From NCBI GenBank assembly GCA_964001175.1, contig CAXFAS010000006.1:6237-70236 (forward strand): DNA of 64,000 nt, written 5' to 3'. The notes under the pieces were generated by a model. The model saw only the letters and a program-made list of their open reading frames with translations. It was not told the origin of the DNA and did not search any database. Shown here piece by piece: positions 58,347 to 64,000 of the stretch (positions within the stretch are counted from its first letter, which is position 1; each line of letters starts with the position of its first letter). The position numbers were made by a program, and so were the translations under genes. The stretch is from an uncultured euryarchaeote. Its GTDB lineage: Archaea; Thermoplasmatota; Poseidoniia; Poseidoniales; Poseidoniaceae.

Positions 58347-58961
58347 ATGGAAATGTCCAAAGATTCAATTTTGTACAGTTTTCGAAGATGTCCTTACGCA
58401 ATGAGAGCAAGGATGTCAATAGTTAGAGTCGATTATCGGGTTGAACATCGTGAAGTTATTCTTCGCGATAGACCTCAACACATGATGGAAATCTCACCGA
58501 AAGGAACAGTTCCAGTGCTCCAGTTATCTGATGGTAGCGTTATTGAAGAAAGTCTTGAAATTATGCAGCATGTACTTGACTGGGACCTCAGTGATATTGA
58601 AAGCGAGTGGGTGTCAAGAAATGATGATGAATTCAAATATCACCTTGATAGATACAAATATCCTAATCGATATGATAATGTTGACGGCCTTCATCATCGT
58701 CAAGAAGCATCGAGTTATCTCAAAGATTTAGATGATTTTCTTAGAAATACTGGAATGACCACAGCTCTAAGCGATGCTCTTTTCCCATTTGTTCGTCAAT
58801 TTGCTAATCATGATAGAGATTGGTTTGATTCACAAGACTGGAATAATGTACATCAATGGCTTTCCAGTAATTTGCAGAGTTTAGAATTTGGAATTTGTAT
58901 GAAGAAGTATAAGCAATGGAATCATGGAGATGAGCCAGTTTTTTTTCCAATTATTGAATGA
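58347..58961 (+). CDS. Glutathione S-transferase-like / thioredoxin-fold protein
   Basis: LYSFRRCPYAMRARM...ISPKGTVPVL...GSVIEESLEIM is a GST N-terminal pattern. The track start at 58305 overlaps gmd; ATG 58347 or 58353, after GGAG, is more likely. Confidence 0.55.
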   Translation: MEMSKDSILYSFRRCPYAMRARMSIVRVDYRVEHREVILRDRPQHMMEISPKGTVPVLQLSDGSVIEESLEIMQHVLDWDLSDIESEWVSRNDDEFKYHLDRYKYPNRYDNVDGLHHRQEASSYLKDLDDFLRNTGMTTALSDALFPFVRQFANHDRDWFDSQDWNNVHQWLSSNLQSLEFGICMKKYKQWNHGDEPVFFPIIE

Positions 58962-59958
58962 TTGGAAGATGCTTCACTGATGGCGCAATTCCTAGGTCAT
59001 CCGGGAAAAACATAGTTGGTTCAGGGATTGGAATCGGTGTTATCTCATGACCTACAAGAGCGACCCGACTAGGCTTTGAATCGGATAGAATTTTTCTTCC
59101 AGTAAGCGGAGCAATCTTCGCCGAGAAATCCATTATATCATCATGACTTGGCATATTTTCGGCACTTAGATTTTCTCTACTATGTCCAACAAAAACATAT
59201 CCTTTGTTCTCAATAAAATCTGGTTCTGCTCTATTATCTAAAGCAGCGAACTGTTCAATGTGTTTATCACTCATATTGATACCTTTCATCAATGTATGTC
59301 GGCAAACAATTCGAGTATCTAATGATGGTAGTAAATCGATAGTTTTCTCGAATTGCTCCCATGCTCTAGAATTCCACTTTGGCTTACATACCTCATCGAA
59401 GACCTTCTTATTTGGTGCATCGACAGAAACATAGAGTTGAGTTGGTAAGGTATCTAGATTTTCTAATACCTTGGGGAAGGTACCATTTGTTACAAGCATT
59501 GTAGTCATGCCATGTTTGTGACACAAGTCCATGTACTCAGCCAGTCGAGTGTACAGTGTAGGTTCACCATTCAAAGAAATAGCAACATGTTTAGGATTCT
59601 GAGCATCGAGCCATTTTTCTCTAGGGACTTTTGGGTTGCCACCAAATCCAGAGAGTAATCTACGTTGTGCTCTAACAGATTCATACAATAGTTCCATTGG
59701 GTCTTGGTCAGTCAACTCAAGAGTGTCCATATGCGGCTCTCTCCAACAATATGTGCAGGCGAGGTTACATTGATCAACGACTGGAGAAGTCTGCATACAA
59801 TTATGACTTTGAACGCCGTAGAATTTTCCTTTGTAACATTGCCTGTCTCTAAGTAGAGATTCTTTGGTCCAATGACAGGTTTTTACTCCACCATGTTCCC
59901 CAACAATGTGGTATCTCTGCTTCTGCAATTTTGCTTTTAATGCTAAGTCCATACCCAT
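58951..59958 (-). CDS. taw1: tRNA 4-demethylwyosine synthase (radical SAM, Taw1/TYW1)
   Basis: HGGVKTCHWTKESL...CYKGKFYGVQSHNCMQ...CNLACTYCWR (CX3CX2C), GEPTLY. The track start at 59997 is possible. Confidence 0.8.
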   Translation of the reverse strand: MGMDLALKAKLQKQRYHIVGEHGGVKTCHWTKESLLRDRQCYKGKFYGVQSHNCMQTSPVVDQCNLACTYCWREPHMDTLELTDQDPMELLYESVRAQRRLLSGFGGNPKVPREKWLDAQNPKHVAISLNGEPTLYTRLAEYMDLCHKHGMTTMLVTNGTFPKVLENLDTLPTQLYVSVDAPNKKVFDEVCKPKWNSRAWEQFEKTIDLLPSLDTRIVCRHTLMKGINMSDKHIEQFAALDNRAEPDFIENKGYVFVGHSRENLSAENMPSHDDIMDFSAKIAPLTGRKILSDSKPSRVALVGHEITPIPIPEPTMFFPDDLGIAPSVKHLPIIQ

Positions 59959-60257
59959 TTGGCACACTCTCCTTAGCCGTCTTCCTCTGTCCCACAAGTG
60001 GTGTCGGGTTAGGCTCGGATAAACTACCCTACGGTAATCTTTTTATCAATGGCGCGCATAATTTAATTGATAGAAAATACGAATTATATCCAACTAAAGT
60101 AACGACTGTTTGATTAGTAAATGGCCTTTGTAGCAAGGTTGTTTTTACTACACTTGCTTTATTTTTTACACCTATGTGTTGGCTTTGTTACCGCTTATTA
60201 ATATAGTGCGGGTTCCTAATTTACACTGAAGAAACAAAAACAACTGAGGCGGATAAT

Positions 60258-60419
60258 ATGGATAAAGAATTAGATAATTATGTTGAAGAAATAATGGAAA
60301 AACAGATTTACAGAAATGGTATTTTTACCAGCTGGATTGACAGAGTTGTACAGGCTATGTCCGATTTTCGTGCTGTTCCTAGTAGCCGTGGGATGTATGG
60401 AATTAGAGGTGGAAACTGA
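60258..60419 (+). CDS. Micro-ORF (53 aa), paralogue of the following micro-ORF
   Basis: Below the track size cut-off. GAGGCGGA SD 7 nt before the ATG. MDKELDNYVEEIMEKQIYRNGIFTSWIDRVV...GIRGGN. Confidence 0.35.
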   Translation: MDKELDNYVEEIMEKQIYRNGIFTSWIDRVVQAMSDFRAVPSSRGMYGIRGGN

Positions 60420-60532
60420 TGGACGAATACTTAGATCAATATATTGAAAACGTTCTTGAATCGCAACAATTTCGTAGTGGCATTAGATTTGCACCTTCCT
60501 GGTTTACAAGATTTTTTAGTCGTAAGAATTGA
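60419..60532 (+). CDS. Micro-ORF (37 aa), paralogue of the preceding micro-ORF
   Basis: The ATG shares one nt with the preceding TGA (TGATG). GAGGTGG SD at 60406-60412. MDEYLDQYIENVLESQQFRSGIRFAPSWFTRFFSRKN shares MD..LD.Y.E...E.Q.(Y/F)R.GI...SW..R with the first. Confidence 0.35.
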   Translation: MDEYLDQYIENVLESQQFRSGIRFAPSWFTRFFSRKN

Positions 60533-60577
60533 TTCTGATAATACTAACCTCCTTAACTGACCGGTCTATCGTGTGAC

Positions 60578-61528
60578 ATGGTCAGGTGGACGTACCATCT
60601 TCTTGGATTACTTACGCCATTAGTTACCATACTAGGTATCTATCTTGGCGGATGGTGGATGGGTTCGACTATTTACCTAGCTCTTGGATTGTATCCAATT
60701 CTAGATTATATCTCAGGAACTAGCTCCGAAGTTCCTTCAGTAGATAGTCGTCGTCCGTTTGATATTATTGTACATATTCATGGCTTTTTAGTTCCAATCG
60801 TAATAATTGTATTGTTTTGGAAAATTTTGACCTTCCCTCAAGAACCGTTGTTGTGGTTAGGGGTGATATCTGTAGGGTTTAGTTCAGGTGCATCAGGTAT
60901 TATTACTGCTCATGAATTAGGTCATAGGAAACCTAAATCCTTCAGTTGGTGGCTTGCTAGACTTGATTTATTGTGTGTAAATTATTTGCATTTCACTGTA
61001 GAACATAATCATACACATCACAAACATTGGGCGCGCCCAATAGACCCAACCTCTGCACCAATTGGCAGAAATGTATACTTTCATTTTTTGCGTACAATCC
61101 CACTTCAAATAAAGGGTGCTTACAAAGCTAGGCCAAAAGATGTAAGAATCTCATTTTTGGTTGAAGCAGTATTGCTAATCTCGTTATTTTTGTTTTCAGA
61201 GGTTATCTTCTTGGCATTTATTGGACAGGCAATTGTTGCGATTTTCTTATTAGAATTTGTCAATTATTTACAACATTATGGTCTGTCACGTGGAATGGAT
61301 GAAAGAGCGAATGCATCTCATGCTTGGGAAAGTAGACATCGATGGTCTAGATGGACTTTAATGGAATTGCCTTTACATCCTTCGCATCACCTAAGATCTA
61401 GTACACCTTATCATGACTTATCTGTGCACGACGAGTCCCCTCAACTGCCAAATGGATACTACATAATGTTCTGGACAGCACTCATTCCACCATTGTTTCA
61501 TAGAAGAATGAAAAGAGCCCTTAGATGA
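60578..61528 (+). CDS. AlkB-like integral-membrane di-iron hydroxylase (fatty-acid desaturase superfamily)
   Basis: His boxes HELGHR, EHNHTHHK, NYLQHYGL and LHPSHH, in the order and spacing characteristic of alkane 1-monooxygenase-type enzymes. Several TM helices. Confidence 0.7.
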   Translation: MVRWTYHLLGLLTPLVTILGIYLGGWWMGSTIYLALGLYPILDYISGTSSEVPSVDSRRPFDIIVHIHGFLVPIVIIVLFWKILTFPQEPLLWLGVISVGFSSGASGIITAHELGHRKPKSFSWWLARLDLLCVNYLHFTVEHNHTHHKHWARPIDPTSAPIGRNVYFHFLRTIPLQIKGAYKARPKDVRISFLVEAVLLISLFLFSEVIFLAFIGQAIVAIFLLEFVNYLQHYGLSRGMDERANASHAWESRHRWSRWTLMELPLHPSHHLRSSTPYHDLSVHDESPQLPNGYYIMFWTALIPPLFHRRMKRALR

Positions 61529-61578
61529 CATCTTGAAACATTCATATATATATGAAAACCTAATGATGCTGCTTATTA

Positions 61579-62310
61579 GTGGATATCATGCTGGAAATCG
61601 AACAACTTACCAAAACATTTGGCATGGGGTCAAATAAACTCCAAGTTCTAAAAGGAATAGATATGAAAATGAAGACTGGCGAACTTGTCGCCTTGATGGG
61701 ACCATCAGGTTGCGGTAAGTCTACACTTCTCAACATAATCGGTGGCTTATTGCCTGGCGATGGCGGAAAAATCACTCTGAAATCCAGAGATTATGGCCTA
61801 AAAGGTCCTTCAAATGTTGTCGATATCCGTCGAGAATTAGTTGGTTGGATTTTCCAAGATTTCCATTTATTGAATCATCTTTCCGCATTGGATAATGTAG
61901 CGATGGCTCTAGAGTTATCGGGAACAGAATCTAAAGAAGCAGAGGTTAGAGCAGCGGAAGCATTGGAAAGAGTTGGCTTAGGAGATAGAATGCATCATAT
62001 TCCTGAGCAATTATCTGGAGGTCAGCAGCAAAGAGTCGCAATCGCTAGGGCTATTGCCGGAAATCGTCCATTACTTCTTGCTGATGAACCAACCGGTAAC
62101 CTAGATATAGCCAGTGGAAAAGAGGTATTGCAATTATTCAAAGATTTATGCCATGATGAAGAAAATCCGATATCTATTCTTATGGTAACCCACGACCCAG
62201 AGCTTGCTTCAAATGCAGACAGAATGCTACTATTGACCGATGGAAAAACAAAAGCATCTGACATAAGAAGTGCTTGGGGCATTGATGAAACAGAAGGTGA
62301 AGAAGAGTGA
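61579..62310 (+). CDS. ABC transporter ATP-binding protein (MacB/LolD type)
   Basis: GPSGCGKSTLLN, LSGGQQQRVAIARA, LLLADEPTGNLD, VTHD. GTG start; ATG at 61588. Confidence 0.9.
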   Translation: MDIMLEIEQLTKTFGMGSNKLQVLKGIDMKMKTGELVALMGPSGCGKSTLLNIIGGLLPGDGGKITLKSRDYGLKGPSNVVDIRRELVGWIFQDFHLLNHLSALDNVAMALELSGTESKEAEVRAAEALERVGLGDRMHHIPEQLSGGQQQRVAIARAIAGNRPLLLADEPTGNLDIASGKEVLQLFKDLCHDEENPISILMVTHDPELASNADRMLLLTDGKTKASDIRSAWGIDETEGEEE

Positions 62311-64000
62311 GTTCTAAATCTACAGAGGAAACTTTTGATGCATTCACTGTTGAAGAAGTTCCTAAAATAAATTTCATCGAAAGGTGGCGTAGAAGAGTTC
62401 GTGATGCTCCAGAAAATATCAGACTTGCCTCACAGAGTGCTTGGCGAGGAAGAGAAAGAGGACTAGCCGTTGTTGCAGGAGTTTTCCTTGCTTCTTTAGT
62501 AATCACAACTGTACTTTCATATGGAGTTGGACTTTCTCAGATTTTCTTCGATGAATCACTTAGCGGCGAGCCAATAGATGCTAAGATTGAATATGCACGC
62601 GAACCGGTTGAAGGGGCTTCTGGCTGGTCAAATAATACTACCACAATGCAGAATGTTTGTTCAGAATTAATGGAAACGTATTCTGAGGAGTTGAGTGATT
62701 GTGCTCTAATTTTTGGACGACAAGGAATCCATAGTGGTGGATTTTTCAATGAAGATTTCGTCTTTGCTCAACCGCTTGAAATGAGGGCTATAACCGATGA
62801 TCAAAATCCATATTGGCTCAATGTGACTTTCCAATATGTTGAGCTCGATGACGGTGGACCACCGATTTCTGACATGCGTTCAATTCGATTAATGGGTCCA
62901 GAGGCTTTCGATGGAGAATTAGCCAGCAGATATGGAGAAAGAATCATTCAAGGGCAAGGAGAATGGCCAACGCCTGAAAACATGTCTTCACAAAGAGGTG
63001 TAATTTTACCATCTAATATTGCTTCGCAAGCGAAGGCTGAAGTCGGAGATGTGTTAGAAACTGTAGAATTTGTTTACGTAGTCGATAGCGAATTCTTCGA
63101 TTCTGGTGGAGTAGAATTAGTTGAATCATGTTCTGGTGTGGCTTCAGCATCTCCAAATGGGAAAATATACTGTCGTCAATCGATTATTATGACAAATATG
63201 ACTGTTGTAGGAATCTATCAACCATGGGATTTAGGAAATCCTACTCTCGCGCCAAATCCAATATTTACTACTTGGACCGCTCTTGATGAAAGCCAGAGAG
63301 CGACTTTGATGGATTATGACCACATGTATCTTGGAGTTACAATCGATAGAAGTCAGTTGCCAACCTCATCAACTGCAGATGCCCAAGATTGGCTTAATGT
63401 GTTGAAGAGCGATATTATGGATGACAACTATACTTCAGAAGGAGTAGAATTATTTTATACTGATATCGTTGGAGGAACCATTACTTTCCTCAATATTTTC
63501 CTTGGTTTGATTCAAACTTTTGATTATATAATCATGGTGCCAATTGTTGTAATGTCCTTGGCAGTCCTTGTTTATGGGTTGATACTCTCACTTGAGCAAC
63601 GTCGTAAAGAGATTAGTATTCATCGAGTTATTGGTGCTGACAGCGCTGGGCTTCAAGGGATGGTTCTGTTAGAATTAGCTGTATTTTCCTCAGTTGCTTG
63701 GATTGCAGGTTATCTTTTAGCAATGTTTTCTGTACCTATTGTTCTTTCAGCAGTTGGATTCATGGAATTTAGGACTGGAGAATATGATATTGATCCTGCA
63801 CTAAGTTTAGGTTCTACAATATTTACTGCACTTTCTACGCTTGGTCTTGCGATTCTTTTCGGGAGGAAGCGTTCACAGAAATTCATTGAATTAGAAATCG
63901 AAGAGGGAGTAAAAAGTACAATGCAAGCCGCTGAACCAAAGAGATGGCTTCATTGGTTATGTTTCATTTTTGGATTGATTTCAGTCATAGATACTTGGCT
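62307..64000 (+). CDS. FtsX/MacB-like ABC transporter permease with a large periplasmic-type domain; runs off the right window edge
   Basis: Absent from the ORF track because it has no stop inside the window. GTG 62307 overlaps the ATPase stop (GTGA), and the frame is closed upstream by TGA at 62298. My translation gives TM1 GLAVVAGVFLASLVITTVL, a ~330-aa soluble domain, then LSLEQRRKEISIHRVIGADSAGL... (FtsX signature) and further TM helices. Confidence 0.75.
   Translation, partial: MSSKSTEETFDAFTVEEVPKINFIERWRRRVRDAPENIRLASQSAWRGRERGLAVVAGVFLASLVITTVLSYGVGLSQIFFDESLSGEPIDAKIEYAREPVEGASGWSNNTTTMQNVCSELMETYSEELSDCALIFGRQGIHSGGFFNEDFVFAQPLEMRAITDDQNPYWLNVTFQYVELDDGGPPISDMRSIRLMGPEAFDGELASRYGERIIQGQGEWPTPENMSSQRGVILPSNIASQAKAEVGDVLETVEFVYVVDSEFFDSGGVELVESCSGVASASPNGKIYCRQSIIMTNMTVVGIYQPWDLGNPTLAPNPIFTTWTALDESQRATLMDYDHMYLGVTIDRSQLPTSSTADAQDWLNVLKSDIMDDNYTSEGVELFYTDIVGGTITFLNIFLGLIQTFDYIIMVPIVVMSLAVLVYGLILSLEQRRKEISIHRVIGADSAGLQGMVLLELAVFSSVAWIAGYLLAMFSVPIVLSAVGFMEFRTGEYDIDPALSLGSTIFTALSTLGLAILFGRKRSQKFIELEIEEGVKSTMQAAEPKRWLHWLCFIFGLISVIDTW

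Noticed and set aside
60396-60419. C-terminal ...GIRGGN of the 53-aa micro-ORF as a ubiquitin-like GG tail processed by the JAB protease 3.7 kb away
   Set aside because: At 53 aa it is too short for a beta-grasp fold, the N-terminal half looks helical, and it is not linked to the E1/JAB cassette. This is pure speculation, noted only as something a genome-wide GG-tail search would cover.
1-64000. Search for tRNA, rRNA, CRISPR repeats, IS elements or integrases
   Set aside because: Intergenic regions are short (mostly under 200 nt). I saw no cloverleaf-compatible sequence, no regularly spaced direct repeats, and no transposase- or integrase-like ORF. A tRNAscan, Infernal or CRISPR finder run would be needed to confirm their absence.

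Overview
This is an AT-rich (by eye), very gene-dense chromosomal segment with about 49 CDS and almost no non-coding DNA. Gene content marks it as archaeal: aIF1A, RIO kinase, a KH/Dim2-like protein, archaeal-type uS2, Taw1, and an 11-subunit nuo operon without nuoEFG. Giant secreted or anchored adhesin- and protease-like proteins, beta-oxidation and complex I genes fit a planktonic marine euryarchaeon such as Marine Group II/Poseidoniales; this attribution is inference only.

Layout:
- 1-2015: edge-truncated SF1 helicase (minus strand).
- 2.1-3.5 kb: PRC-barrel protein and RNase Z.
- 3.6-19.7 kb: five co-directional genes for huge surface proteins, including an S8 protease.
- 19.8-31.7 kb: nuoABCDHIJ1J2KLMN, Shine-Dalgarno-led and partly overlapping.
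- 31.8-34.2 kb: aIF1A, RIO kinase and a KH protein.
- 34.3-39.7 kb: more surface proteins.
- 39.7-40.9 kb: Cas4-like nuclease interrupted by four TM helices.
- 41.0-41.7 kb: uS2.
- 41.7-44.5 kb: polytopic membrane protein ending in a C-type lectin-like domain.
- 44.5-48.9 kb: TauE, Dus and three wHTH regulators.
- 49.1-51.8 kb: CD36/LIMP-2-like protein.
- 51.8-55.7 kb: GT4, a membrane protein and a HAD/ECH fusion.
- 55.7-57.2 kb: compact E1-like/JAB/small-protein cassette.
- 57.3-64.0 kb: gmd, GST-like protein, Taw1, two micro-ORFs, AlkB-like hydroxylase and a MacB-type ABC transporter (permease truncated at the right edge).

I recognised no rRNA, tRNA, CRISPR array, transposase or integrase. 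Both edge-truncated CDS are absent from the supplied ORF track and were read directly from the DNA.

The best candidates for something new are:
- the translationally coupled E1-like/JAB/helical-protein cassette;
- the archaeal CD36-family homologue with a ~470-aa insert;
- the membrane-inserted Cas4-like nuclease;
- aIF1A with a stalk-like acidic DLFG tail;
- a probably cytoplasmic, cysteine-free C-type lectin domain;
- the recurring ectodomain-TM-cytoplasmic zinc-ribbon architecture.

All family assignments come from motif recognition by eye. No searches were run.
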